Virus record (IMG/VR): IMGVR_UViG_3300016466_000860
Source: an uncultured virus (IMG/VR IMGVR_UViG_3300016466_000860)
Taxonomy: Duplodnaviria; Heunggongvirae; Uroviricota; Caudoviricetes
Reading direction: 5' to 3' (one strand)
Length of the DNA stretch: 64,000 bases
Shown piece after piece: positions 1-8,782 of this stretch (position 1 is the stretch's first letter; each line of letters opens with the position of its first letter). Below the pieces are notes generated by a model. That model had not been told where the DNA came from. It searched no databases and worked only from the letters and a program-made list of their open reading frames with translations. The translations under genes and the position numbers were made by a program.

Positions 1-2
1 AT

Positions 3-179
3 TTTTATCAAGAAGAATTGGGAGAAAACGATTACGGATTTGTAGTCGGCGCCGATGGCGAGCTCAAAAGCGTTTTCGTACCTTCGACTGATCTCGAAAC
101 TCCTATCCCCAATAATGTGCTAGAAATTTTAAAGATGTTTGGCATTCAGGACATGGGTGGCCAACGCACATTACATTAG
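3..179 (+). CDS. 3' end of hypothetical protein (truncated by window edge)
   Basis: Open frame FYQEELGENDYGFVVGADGELKSVFVP...TLH to TAG at 177-179. Confidence 0.6.
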   Translation, partial: FYQEELGENDYGFVVGADGELKSVFVPSTDLETPIPNNVLEILKMFGIQDMGGQRTLH

Positions 180-415
180 TCACTGATTTTCACTTTTCTC
201 TATATATTCGTCCAATAGTGGTTGCACACCTGTACTCACACCCTATACACTGGTGGAAAGATACATTCATAAACAGGTCGCACTAAATTTTTATATCGTG
301 GTTTTTACTTAGTACTGATGTTGACATCAACGAATGGTACTAAAAACCTGCAGTCTCTTGTTTGTAAGTATAACAAAGTGCTGAATGTCAATGAGTAAAA
401 AAAAGGTATGAATGC

Positions 416-1147
416 ATGGAAAACAAATCAAACACCAACAGAGTGGTACTGCATTTAGGTCGTCGCGCACACGGAGACACTTTCGTGTTCGAAGAGATAT
501 CGAATAAACTCAATTTTCACCCTTGTCGACTAATTGGCTTAGACGACTTGTTGTGTTATCTAACCTCGGCAAGTGCGCCACCGATGATGATAGCTGTGTA
601 TGATTCCATAGTACAAGAACTATCGCCGAACCACTCCGCCACTGATATCGATCATGAAACAAGTTTCAAATCAATCGTTTCGGCGATCAAATTGATACTA
701 CACACAAGATTTTCGGAAAATGTCACAAAAGTAGCAGTTTTGGTTGAAGAAACAGTTGGTCGAGAAAAAATCAAAATTTGGAAATCGGCAGGAATCGACG
801 GTATACTGCCGACGACCTCTGAGTTTTCTTTTCATATATCTTTGAAAGCCTATCAGGATATCATTGAGCAGGGCGAGAGTTGGCCCCCGGAGGTCATTGA
901 AAAATATCCTCGTCGCAGAGACGATCAGAAAAAAGTCACCAATGTCAACGGCATAGATCTCACTGATCGGCAAGCACAGGTGCGTGATCTCTTGTGTGAA
1001 CGCGGGCTTTCAAACAAAGCCATAGCCCGACAATTGAACATTTCAGAAAGCACGGTAAAGATACACGTGGGATCAATACTCAAACGCTATGGGGTGCGGA
1101 ATCGCACTCAATTGGCCCTGGCAGTCAACAACGGAGCGAGATTATAA
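416..1147 (+). CDS. LuxR/NarL-family transcriptional regulator (degenerate receiver-like region + C-terminal HTH)
   Basis: C-terminal [54 protein letters not shown] is a typical LuxR HTH. Confidence 0.9.
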   Translation: MENKSNTNRVVLHLGRRAHGDTFVFEEISNKLNFHPCRLIGLDDLLCYLTSASAPPMMIAVYDSIVQELSPNHSATDIDHETSFKSIVSAIKLILHTRFSENVTKVAVLVEETVGREKIKIWKSAGIDGILPTTSEFSFHISLKAYQDIIEQGESWPPEVIEKYPRRRDDQKKVTNVNGIDLTDRQAQVRDLLCERGLSNKAIARQLNISESTVKIHVGSILKRYGVRNRTQLALAVNNGARL

Positions 1148-1148
1148 A

Positions 1149-1763
1149 ATGGTCTACAAAGTCACAACCACCCAATATTTCCAAGAGGATCCAGCCAAGA
1201 TAGGAAACTTTCATGCTCAGATGCGAGATCTCTGGAACGACTATATCTGGAGGAACCGCAGCCATTTGGTGGCAGCAATGAATGGCGCCCCAGAGATGAT
1301 GGCAGCCCGAGAATGGGTAACAGCTAACATAACCGATTACTACACAGTCATCAATGACTACTATGATGCAGACTCGGCGCAGAGATGGCGAGACATCATG
1401 GAATCTCAGGTCACTGACATGATACAATTGTTGGACTATGTCAAAAAACCACCGGTCAATTTCAACATCAACACCGACACATTTGTACAGGAAATCGTTG
1501 CTAGGCTGAACACCACTGCCGCAGAGATGTTTGAATTCCTGGCCACGGTCAATCCCGGTGCGTGGAACACAATCAATCTAAAAAATCAACTGCTTGATCT
1601 TGTTGAGGCCTGGATGAGCCAGATAAAAATGAGGATGATAAAAAATTGGAACGAAGACATGGCGGCCACCGACAAATCTTTTGATGTTGCCAGGCAGATA
1701 GCACATCAGTTTGCCACCGGCATAGTACAACAAAATCCTGACAGGTTCGCTATGTCAACTTGA
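1149..1763 (+). CDS. Helical protein resembling the Firmicutes family often misannotated 'acetylglutamate kinase'; paralog of 4420-5184
   Basis: MRDLW..YIWR, INDYY, FLATVNP..W, GIVQQNPDRF motifs; start moved to ATG 1149 (MVYK). Confidence 0.6.
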   Translation: MVYKVTTTQYFQEDPAKIGNFHAQMRDLWNDYIWRNRSHLVAAMNGAPEMMAAREWVTANITDYYTVINDYYDADSAQRWRDIMESQVTDMIQLLDYVKKPPVNFNINTDTFVQEIVARLNTTAAEMFEFLATVNPGAWNTINLKNQLLDLVEAWMSQIKMRMIKNWNEDMAATDKSFDVARQIAHQFATGIVQQNPDRFAMST

Positions 1764-1786
1764 ACCGACAAGGTTACAGAAGTATT

Positions 1787-1814
1787 AAGCCAGGCCCAAG
1801 CCTGGCTTTTTTTT
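1787..1814 (+). terminator. Rho-independent terminator
   Basis: AAGCCAGGC-ccaa-GCCTGGCTT followed by T run. Confidence 0.85.
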
Positions 1815-1884
1815 GGTTGTTTGCTTCTAAGTACTGTTACCGGGACGTCCGGTTAACAATACCATTTAAAAGGAGATAACCAAA

Positions 1885-2448
1885 ATGGCTGAAGTAACAG
1901 GAGCATTTACCACAGATCCTTTCTACGCTCTGAGCGCACAGATTCAGGCCGTAAACACAAAAGTTTCTGACAGCGTTTTCGAAAACTATAAACTTCAAGT
2001 TGCTCAAAGCAACGATATCAACAACCGTGCCATGCAGACGGCGTTTCACACAGACCAAGCACTGGCCGCTACCAAGCAAGCAGTAAACGATGCCAACACA
2101 CAGGCTATGCTGGCTGCTGCACGCACCGATGCACTGGTCATGCAAGAAGCCAACCGCACTCGTGAAACCACGATGGCCGAGGCAGCTCTCACACGCCAGC
2201 TTATCAATGAGATCAACCGCGAGAATCTCAACACCGCTTTGATCAATACCAATACCAATCTAGTGGGTCTCAATGGCTTATATGGTGGCTTGGGTTTGGC
2301 CTACGGCGGTGCTGTTAGTGCATATCAGAGCGCAAATAGTATTGCCGCGATTAACGCTCTAAACAGTGCAATCTCAAGCCAAGGTCTGGTCAACACAGGC
2401 ACGATGACAGGCACCACACAGACATCGACACCTACTTCGATCACTTAA
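1885..2448 (+). CDS. Ala/Thr/Asn/Gln-rich hypothetical protein
   Basis: Strong SD (AAGGAG); C-terminus shared with 2675-2926. Confidence 0.85.
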   Translation: MAEVTGAFTTDPFYALSAQIQAVNTKVSDSVFENYKLQVAQSNDINNRAMQTAFHTDQALAATKQAVNDANTQAMLAAARTDALVMQEANRTRETTMAEAALTRQLINEINRENLNTALINTNTNLVGLNGLYGGLGLAYGGAVSAYQSANSIAAINALNSAISSQGLVNTGTMTGTTQTSTPTSIT

Positions 2449-2463
2449 TCGGAGGATCGGTCA

Positions 2464-2616
2464 ATGTTCTATAGGCCCTGGATTTACCCAAGGCCCTATG
2501 CGAGGCCTTACCTGGCAGCAGGCATCGGTTATCCTTACTATGGGGGCTATGCCTACCCATATTGGGGAGCATATGGATACGGTTACCCATACGGTGGCGG
2601 TCCATACTACTGGTAA
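2464..2616 (+). CDS. 50-aa Gly/Tyr/Pro-rich peptide (not in ORF track)
   Basis: GGAGG upstream; MFYRPWIYPRPYARPYLAAGIGYPYYGGYAYPYWGAYGYGYPYGGGPYYW. Confidence 0.75.
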   Translation: MFYRPWIYPRPYARPYLAAGIGYPYYGGYAYPYWGAYGYGYPYGGGPYYW

Positions 2617-2628
2617 TGCAACCAAAAC

Positions 2629-2656
2629 AGACGGACAAGATTCTTGTCCGTCTTTA
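2629..2656 (+). terminator. Stem-loop / probable terminator
   Basis: AGACGGACAAG-att-CTTGTCCGTCT then TT. Confidence 0.55.
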
Positions 2657-2674
2657 TAATTAGGAGAGAAATCT

Positions 2675-2926
2675 ATGTTTGGAGCACACTATTTCCATCC
2701 GTGGGGATTTGGCTCGTATCGTCGTTACCCATGGGGAGGTTATAATTGGCCTCATTACAGCTCATGGGGGTACGGTGCGTACGGTCCTGGTATCGTAGCC
2801 GGACAAAGCGCCAACAATGTCTGGGTTGGCAATTTCAATCGCAGCGCCTACAGTCGCCAGCGACTGATCAACACCGGCGACATGAGCACGGTTGAACAGA
2901 CATCTACACCCACAGTGATAGGTTGA
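2675..2926 (+). CDS. Gly/Tyr/Trp-rich small protein
   Basis: AGGAG SD; aromatic/Gly-rich N-half; C-terminal LINTG..TSTPT motif. Confidence 0.75.
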   Translation: MFGAHYFHPWGFGSYRRYPWGGYNWPHYSSWGYGAYGPGIVAGQSANNVWVGNFNRSAYSRQRLINTGDMSTVEQTSTPTVIG

Positions 2927-2927
2927 T

Positions 2928-3182
2928 GTGATTATGAGTTTTGTGGTCGCAGCCAAAAAATATCTCGGCATCGAGCGTGACAACCTTGAGGCACACGTAG
3001 AATTGTGCCATGAACGATATCAGGCGCTTGAGAAAAGGATAGAAGAGGCCGAAGAAGATTTGGCCCAACTCAAAGATTTCCGCGATCACAATCGAAGAGA
3101 GATGATCAAGGCAGTGACTACTTCAGTGTCATTGGCCACTGCCTTGATATCTGTGTTGATTATAATATTAGATAGGATGTGA
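2928..3182 (+). CDS. Coiled-coil protein with C-terminal TM helix (holin/XhlA-like architecture)
   Basis: LEAHVELCHERY coiled coil, hydrophobic C-terminus. Confidence 0.55.
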   Translation: MIMSFVVAAKKYLGIERDNLEAHVELCHERYQALEKRIEEAEEDLAQLKDFRDHNRREMIKAVTTSVSLATALISVLIIILDRM

Positions 3183-3382
3183 TGGATCTCATACGGAGGA
3201 CTGTGGCCAAAACCATAAGTTGGCGAGCTTGGATGATCGTCACTAACAGTATAGTTGGTTGGATAGTGACCGGAGACCTCATGAAAGGTTTATCCATTGG
3301 TTTCATGACTTTTGTAGTCAACACCATTGCCTATGTCATACACGAAAGATTATGGAACAGGATCAGTTGGGGACAACAATGA
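3179..3382 (+). CDS. DUF2061-like small membrane protein
   Basis: RTVAKTISWR...YVIHERLWNRISWG signature. Confidence 0.8.
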   Translation: MMDLIRRTVAKTISWRAWMIVTNSIVGWIVTGDLMKGLSIGFMTFVVNTIAYVIHERLWNRISWGQQ

Positions 3383-3774
3383 TTGACAAAGATGTGGAAT
3401 TTACCAAGCATCGCATGGAGATATTGCGCATGGCCCGGCAGATGCTCAATGAACAATACATAAACCGTCGCGCTGAAGATCACAACCGGTGGCTGGCCGA
3501 TGCCGATGTGGCTTGGCGCACCAAAGGTATACGATTGCCTTATCCGCCTTTTGCTCCTTATCCCACCGAAGAACAAGTGTTGGCTAAGGCACAAGAACTG
3601 CTCAAGTTTGTAGTAGCCGAAGAAGAACGCAAGCAAGAAGAAAAAACAGTCGAACTCGAGGCACCTAAATCTGGACCGTTGTTTAGTGATATCAATGTGC
3701 TGGAAGAAAAACTCAAAAAAAACAAAAAAGCCTTGGTCTCGCAAACCTTTGACGACATAAAGAAAGAACTATAA
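3379..3774 (+). CDS. Hypothetical phage protein; paralog of 38595-38822
   Basis: RMEILRMA...YPTEEQVLAKAQELLKFV; ATG overlaps upstream stop. Confidence 0.75.
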   Translation: MIDKDVEFTKHRMEILRMARQMLNEQYINRRAEDHNRWLADADVAWRTKGIRLPYPPFAPYPTEEQVLAKAQELLKFVVAEEERKQEEKTVELEAPKSGPLFSDINVLEEKLKKNKKALVSQTFDDIKKEL

Positions 3775-3777
3775 ATC

Positions 3778-4404
3778 ATGTTCCAATATTACAGTCCAAT
3801 TTTATTTGTTCGTCGGCCCTCGTCGTGTACTAAATTTAGACCAATGGCCACGCAACTCAACAACAGCATCGGAGGGTTTGGTAATGATTTTATAAATCTT
3901 GGAACAATGGGTACACCCGGACCAGCAGGGCCGCCGGGTCCCCCTGGCGTTAGTGTGATTTCGGCCGAAGTCGATCCTAATCCCGGAGATTTATTCATAC
4001 ATCTCAGTGATGGGACCGAAATCAATGCTGGCAATGTTTTAGGACCACCAGGACCACCAGGACCACCAGGACCACCAGGACCCGGAAGTAATCACAATTG
4101 TGTAACAAAATATATTAATGCCAACTACACAGCCACCGTTAATGACTACTATATCGGAGTCATCAAGCCCAGCACAGATAAGACAGTTGAAATCAAGCTG
4201 CCAGTGGCTGGTGCAATATGTCAAATTTTGATCATCAAGGATCAGCGTGGACCGGGTGGATACAAGATCAAGATTACTCCGCAAGGCGGAAACGATCTCG
4301 AAGGCAGCAACCAGCAGATAGAACTGCAACAACCCTATGAGTCAGTGACTCTCTTAGGACAAAATGGCGCATGGTGGGTCATCGCCAATGTACAGCAATC
4401 TTAA
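3778..4404 (+). CDS. Collagen-like (Gly-X-Y) protein with C-terminal beta domain
   Basis: GTPGPAGPPGPPG and (GPP)n tracts; start may be ATG 3844. Confidence 0.8.
   Translation: MFQYYSPILFVRRPSSCTKFRPMATQLNNSIGGFGNDFINLGTMGTPGPAGPPGPPGVSVISAEVDPNPGDLFIHLSDGTEINAGNVLGPPGPPGPPGPPGPGSNHNCVTKYINANYTATVNDYYIGVIKPSTDKTVEIKLPVAGAICQILIIKDQRGPGGYKIKITPQGGNDLEGSNQQIELQQPYESVTLLGQNGAWWVIANVQQS
4042..4082 (+). repeat. Tandem 9-bp repeat GGACCACCA (encodes GPP)
   Basis: Four perfect copies plus a partial fifth. Confidence 0.9.
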
Positions 4405-4419
4405 CAAAGGAGAATTAAA

Positions 4420-5184
4420 GTGGTTTACAAACTAATAACACACACCATCAAGGAAGAACATTTTGATCATCCCTTGGCCTTGGAAGCCATCAACGGCGTC
4501 AAGCTCAATGGTGCCTATGCCAATTATAACAATTCCAATGGAAATTCTGATGGAGTAATGGTCACCGAAACGTCCGTGTATGTACCTGGAACAATATCAG
4601 CATTCAACACAGAGCCTGCTGTGACATGGCGCATGAATCAACGCACTATCTGGGCTAGGTATCTATGGAGATTGCGCAACTATATTACCAGCGCATTACA
4701 CAATGGCGAGGATTTGGCCGTGGTCGAGGAACAACTGTTTCAGAACATCGATGAAATCGGCGATTCGGTTCGTCCCTATTATGGATTGGTGGCCAGCAAA
4801 GAATTGGCACAGTATATGAGATCATTTGTTTTGACTGTGTTGGATATTGTACAGGCACTAAAAAAAGGTCAAAACATTGATTCACTGGTAACAAAAGTTG
4901 ATTCTGAGCTTGATGCATTTGCAAATTTCGCACAAGAAGCCAATCCACAACACTGGCCAGCAGAAACAGTCAAAAAAATATTTGGCAAGGTATTGCAATC
5001 TTGGATCGAGCAAGTTCGTGCTCGAGTATCTAGCAACTGGCCCGCCGATATCGAGGCTGTGGATACTGCGCATCGTATCATTCTAGCCGGACAATATGAT
5101 GGAACACCGGCGTTTTCAGACATATTCGCCAAAGGCATAATCATGCAGTTTCCGGATCGTTTCACAGAGGTTAAAAATGCCTGA
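4420..5184 (+). CDS. Paralog of 1149-1763 ('acetylglutamate kinase'-misannotated helical family)
   Basis: SD AAGGAG + GTG; IWARYLWRLRNY, RPYYG, ANPQHW, GIIMQFPDRF. Confidence 0.65.
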   Translation: MVYKLITHTIKEEHFDHPLALEAINGVKLNGAYANYNNSNGNSDGVMVTETSVYVPGTISAFNTEPAVTWRMNQRTIWARYLWRLRNYITSALHNGEDLAVVEEQLFQNIDEIGDSVRPYYGLVASKELAQYMRSFVLTVLDIVQALKKGQNIDSLVTKVDSELDAFANFAQEANPQHWPAETVKKIFGKVLQSWIEQVRARVSSNWPADIEAVDTAHRIILAGQYDGTPAFSDIFAKGIIMQFPDRFTEVKNA

Positions 5185-5386
5185 GCCACGATTTTATCCC
5201 GATGGCACCGCGGTGTGCCCAAAACTGCCACCCGAATATCAGCTTTCAGGAATCCCGGGTACGACCCCGGGCAGTCAGATGTGTGGTAACTGTGGCTATT
5301 TTGATTCTGGACAGTGCCGCCGGTGGTTCGCCCCTGTTCGCCCAGAACACTGGTGTCTGGCTTGGAAACCATCGATTCTTGGTTGA
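5177..5386 (+). CDS. Small HiPIP-like Cys protein (putative Fe-S)
   Basis: CGNCGYF...C...V...HWCLAW matches HiPIP Cys spacing. Confidence 0.55.
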   Translation: MPEPRFYPDGTAVCPKLPPEYQLSGIPGTTPGSQMCGNCGYFDSGQCRRWFAPVRPEHWCLAWKPSILG

Positions 5387-5446
5387 TTTAAACTTTGAGA
5401 TCTGCTAGTATGTTTCTAACACGATCTCAAGGTTAAATACAAGACT

Positions 5447-7165
5447 ATGTTTTTAGGCATATCAACTCTGGCAGTGGCCATACTTATATCTGTGGTCGCT
5501 GCCTATTATTCTGTATTGGGGCTTACGGCCATATTTGCAGCGGCTTTTTGGCCCATTGTGATCATGGGCGGCGCCCTTGAAACCGGCAAGGTCATGGCTG
5601 CGGTATGGCTACACCGTAATTGGTATCGTGCCGGTTTGGCCTACAAACTCTATCTTGTTCCGGCCTTGGTATTTCTCATGCTGTTGACCAGCATGGGTAT
5701 CTTTGGATTTCTTAGTAAAGCACATCTCGATCAGACTGTGCCCACCGGTGACGTGGCTGCCCAGGTAGCTCTCATCGACGAAAAAATCAACAACGAACGC
5801 GATACCATCAACAATGCTCGTACTTTGTTGGGTCAGCTGGACAAAGCCGTCACTGACATCGGCAGCGCACCAGATCGCGAAGTCAACGGTAGAGTGATCT
5901 CATCGGCCGAGCGAGCACTACAGGTCAGGAGGCAACAGTCCACAGATCGGGCCGCGTTGACTCGGACCATAGAACAAAGTCAGGCACGCATAGTAAAATT
6001 ACAGGAAGAAAAAGCACCCTTCGCCAAAGATCTGCGCAAGATTGAAGCCGAAGTCGGCCCTGTGAAGTATATTGCAGCTTTGATCTACGGTGACAATCCC
6101 GACCAAAATCTACTGGAATCGGCGGTTCGATGGGTTATAATACTCATTGTATTGGTGTTTGATCCACTGGCCATTGTTCTAATTCTGGCAGGTAGTAAAC
6201 AGTTGGAATGGGCACGAGGTGTTAACTTCGAAACCGAAGATCATCACCGAGAAGTGATGCGGAAAAAAGAGATCGAGGAAGAAGAAAAAAATCTTTCTAT
6301 CGTTCCGCCTCTGCCACCGGATTCTGTGCCTGAACAGCAAGACATCAATGAGATCAATGATTTGGCCCAAGAACATCGACCCGAAGTTGATGTTGACAAC
6401 ATAGTTGCACAGGCCCAAGACATCGAAAAACAACAGCAAGAAGAACTCGAACAACAAAGGTTGTTGTTTGAGGAAATTGAACGAGTGCAACAACGATACG
6501 ATGCTATCCTCCAGGAAAAACAAACTCAACTCGAAGAAAAAGAAACCATGATAGCAGAGCTTAATTCTGCCATTGACGAAATCTTTGAACACAGTGAGGC
6601 TTTGAAGGAAGAAAACAAAACTGTTTCACAACAAAATTCTGAGCTTGCTGAAAAAATAACTTCCATGTATTCTGACATCGAGGGCAAAGACGTTGAGATC
6701 GAAGCACTAGAAAAAGAAATTGTATCTCTACGACAGCGACTCGATGATCTTTCTCAAAAAAACAACATCGTAAACGATATCCCTAATTACGAGGAAGATG
6801 ATGGCCCATTGACCGACGATCAGATGCAGAGCATACAAAATTCTGCATTGATGAATTTTGGTCTAACCGCAGACAATCTCGATATACCAGCTCAGGGAAC
6901 AAATGCGGCATTTGGCAACAAGTTCCCCGGAGATCCACTCAAGGGAGATCTTTTCTTGAGAGTGGACTATCTACCCACGAAACTGTTCAAATGGAACGGC
7001 ACCAAATGGATAGAGATTGACAAGCGCATGACAGATTCCTACACCTACAATGAAAAATACATCGAGCACTTGATCAGTAGACTGGAAAAAGGTGAGTACG
7101 ACAGCGACGATCTCAGCGACAACGAAAGGCAACAGATCGAAGAGTATCTCAAAAATAAAAGTTAG
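5447..7165 (+). CDS. Membrane-anchored coiled-coil phage protein
   Basis: N-terminal TM helices, long acidic coiled coil, C-terminal GDLFLRVD...LFKWNG domain; late-like TTAAATA at 5433. Confidence 0.8.
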   Translation: MFLGISTLAVAILISVVAAYYSVLGLTAIFAAAFWPIVIMGGALETGKVMAAVWLHRNWYRAGLAYKLYLVPALVFLMLLTSMGIFGFLSKAHLDQTVPTGDVAAQVALIDEKINNERDTINNARTLLGQLDKAVTDIGSAPDREVNGRVISSAERALQVRRQQSTDRAALTRTIEQSQARIVKLQEEKAPFAKDLRKIEAEVGPVKYIAALIYGDNPDQNLLESAVRWVIILIVLVFDPLAIVLILAGSKQLEWARGVNFETEDHHREVMRKKEIEEEEKNLSIVPPLPPDSVPEQQDINEINDLAQEHRPEVDVDNIVAQAQDIEKQQQEELEQQRLLFEEIERVQQRYDAILQEKQTQLEEKETMIAELNSAIDEIFEHSEALKEENKTVSQQNSELAEKITSMYSDIEGKDVEIEALEKEIVSLRQRLDDLSQKNNIVNDIPNYEEDDGPLTDDQMQSIQNSALMNFGLTADNLDIPAQGTNAAFGNKFPGDPLKGDLFLRVDYLPTKLFKWNGTKWIEIDKRMTDSYTYNEKYIEHLISRLEKGEYDSDDLSDNERQQIEEYLKNKS

Positions 7166-7549
7166 ATGCACAGCAATTTTATAGGCCCCCCTGATTTTGT
7201 CAACGACGACGACAATCATACCGTGTTGATCATTGAACCCGATCAAAAAACCATCTTGGATCTGGGATTGATTTGCAAAAGTGCTGGCACCGATTTCAAC
7301 GTGTATTTTTACCACCACAACTTCAATGATCTCGCTTGGTTGGAAAAAGCGTTTAACCGAGCCAATGCAGTCATTATCAATACCCATCCGACACCTTTGT
7401 CCTTGATCAAAGACCGTTTGGTCGAGCACCCTAAATCCTATATCTACGGGCCAAAAAATTTCTTAGGGGCGATAAAAAAACTAGAGTCAGCTCAGCAATA
7501 CTTTATACTCTATCTACAAAATCAACAAAAAATCGGGTTTTCCACATGA
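7166..7549 (+). CDS. Hypothetical protein
   Basis: ORF abutting upstream stop. Confidence 0.7.
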   Translation: MHSNFIGPPDFVNDDDNHTVLIIEPDQKTILDLGLICKSAGTDFNVYFYHHNFNDLAWLEKAFNRANAVIINTHPTPLSLIKDRLVEHPKSYIYGPKNFLGAIKKLESAQQYFILYLQNQQKIGFST

Positions 7550-7619
7550 TCAGTAAATTTTAATAAATTCTAATATCACATTAAATACATAACTTGGTAA
7601 AAACTTTTAACAGATCACA

Positions 7620-7868
7620 ATGACATATCAACGAGACAATAATCGAAAACTAATGGGCAGTACTGTTTTTGTGGGGGCCGACGGCAACGTCGAGAAAGCC
7701 CTGCGGAAATTCAAAAAGAAAATACAAGAAAGCGGAAAATTGCAAGAACTCCGTGATCGCGAAAGCTACGAAAAGCCCAATGTCACACGCAAAAAAAAGA
7801 AAGCTGCCGCTAAAAATCGTTGGCGTAAAACACTGGCGCAACAGGCTTTGCCCAAGCGACTTTACTGA
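7620..7868 (+). CDS. rpsU: Ribosomal protein bS21
   Basis: NVEKALRKFKKK...ELRDRESYEKPNVTRKKKKAAA signature. Confidence 0.92.
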   Translation: MTYQRDNNRKLMGSTVFVGADGNVEKALRKFKKKIQESGKLQELRDRESYEKPNVTRKKKKAAAKNRWRKTLAQQALPKRLY

Positions 7869-8179
7869 TGGACGACAAAGACATCCTTGTGTTTGATTCC
7901 AGCGGAACCACTGTTGATCTTGCTGGTGCTATAACCATTGATCTTTCCCACTATAGTGCCGCCCAAATGACATATACGTTGTTGGGCACGGATGATATAA
8001 CCATCGACAACACCAACTGGGCAACCGATTGGGTAGTAGAACGAGAAATCATCGACCAACATCATGAAGAACAGCGCATACGTGACACCCATCCTGCTGT
8101 GCAATATGCATGGGAGCAGTATCAGATCATGTTAAACCTGGCGCGGGATGACGAAAAATCCGCCGAAGATCCGCAGTAA
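7868..8179 (+). CDS. Hypothetical protein
   Basis: Coupled start; HPAVQYAWEQYQIML C-terminal motif. Confidence 0.7.
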   Translation: MDDKDILVFDSSGTTVDLAGAITIDLSHYSAAQMTYTLLGTDDITIDNTNWATDWVVEREIIDQHHEEQRIRDTHPAVQYAWEQYQIMLNLARDDEKSAEDPQ

Positions 8180-8182
8180 GTA

Positions 8183-8213
8183 TTGACATCCGCCAAATAA
8201 AACTGTATAAATA
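8183..8213 (+). promoter_or_regulatory. Overlapping sigma70-like and T4-late-like promoter for hsp20
   Basis: TTGACA(8183)-17nt-TATAAA, within TATAAATA 8206-8213. Confidence 0.75.
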
Positions 8214-8281
8214 CACTTGTAGCGCCGATGGTCGGGCTACACATCAATTGTCATAAACTTGCTTAATGAAAGGAGAAAACT

Positions 8282-8728
8282 ATGACACAATTCACTTTTT
8301 CCACACTCGATATTCCAGCTCTGCATCGTCATGCAATTGGCTTTGATCGCATGTTCGAAGAGTTGAATCGCAGCTTTGCCAACAGCAAAACCAACGACAA
8401 CTATCCTCCCTACAACGTGATCAAGCTTGACGAAACTCACTATGTAGTTGAAGTAGCAGTGGCCGGATTTGCCGAGGAAGAACTCGATGTTGAACTCAAA
8501 GACGGTGTACTGAGCGTATCGGGAGAGAAAACCAAAACCGAAGGAGACTCTGCGGAGTATCTCCACAAAGGTATTTCGGCTCGCAGTTTCCTGCGCAGAT
8601 TCACACTGGCAGAAAATGTTGAGGTCCGTGCTGCCACTGTGAAAAATGGTGTGTTGAGCGTGGCTCTCGAGCATGTAGTACCTGAGGAAAAGAAGCCCAA
8701 GAAAATCGCGATCACCTTCGCGAAATAA
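8282..8728 (+). CDS. Small heat-shock protein Hsp20 (IbpA-like)
   Basis: IGFDRMF, NYPPYNV, AVAGF, YLHKGISARSF, NGVLSVAL, PEEKKPKKIAI. Confidence 0.95.
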   Translation: MTQFTFSTLDIPALHRHAIGFDRMFEELNRSFANSKTNDNYPPYNVIKLDETHYVVEVAVAGFAEEELDVELKDGVLSVSGEKTKTEGDSAEYLHKGISARSFLRRFTLAENVEVRAATVKNGVLSVALEHVVPEEKKPKKIAITFAK

Positions 8729-8735
8729 CTTGAGC

Positions 8736-8762
8736 ATTGGGTGGCCATGGCCACCCAATTTT
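8736..8762 (+). terminator. Perfect 24-bp palindrome / terminator
   Basis: ATTGGGTGGCCATGGCCACCCAAT followed by TTT. Confidence 0.65.
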
Positions 8763-8782
8763 GTTAAATATTCAAACATTCA

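Noticed and set aside
8219..8232. 14-nt match GTAGCGCCGATGGT to E. coli-type 5S rRNA
   Set aside because: Explained by the hsp20 leader hairpin, with no other 5S features; probably chance, though worth including in the rRNA k-mer test
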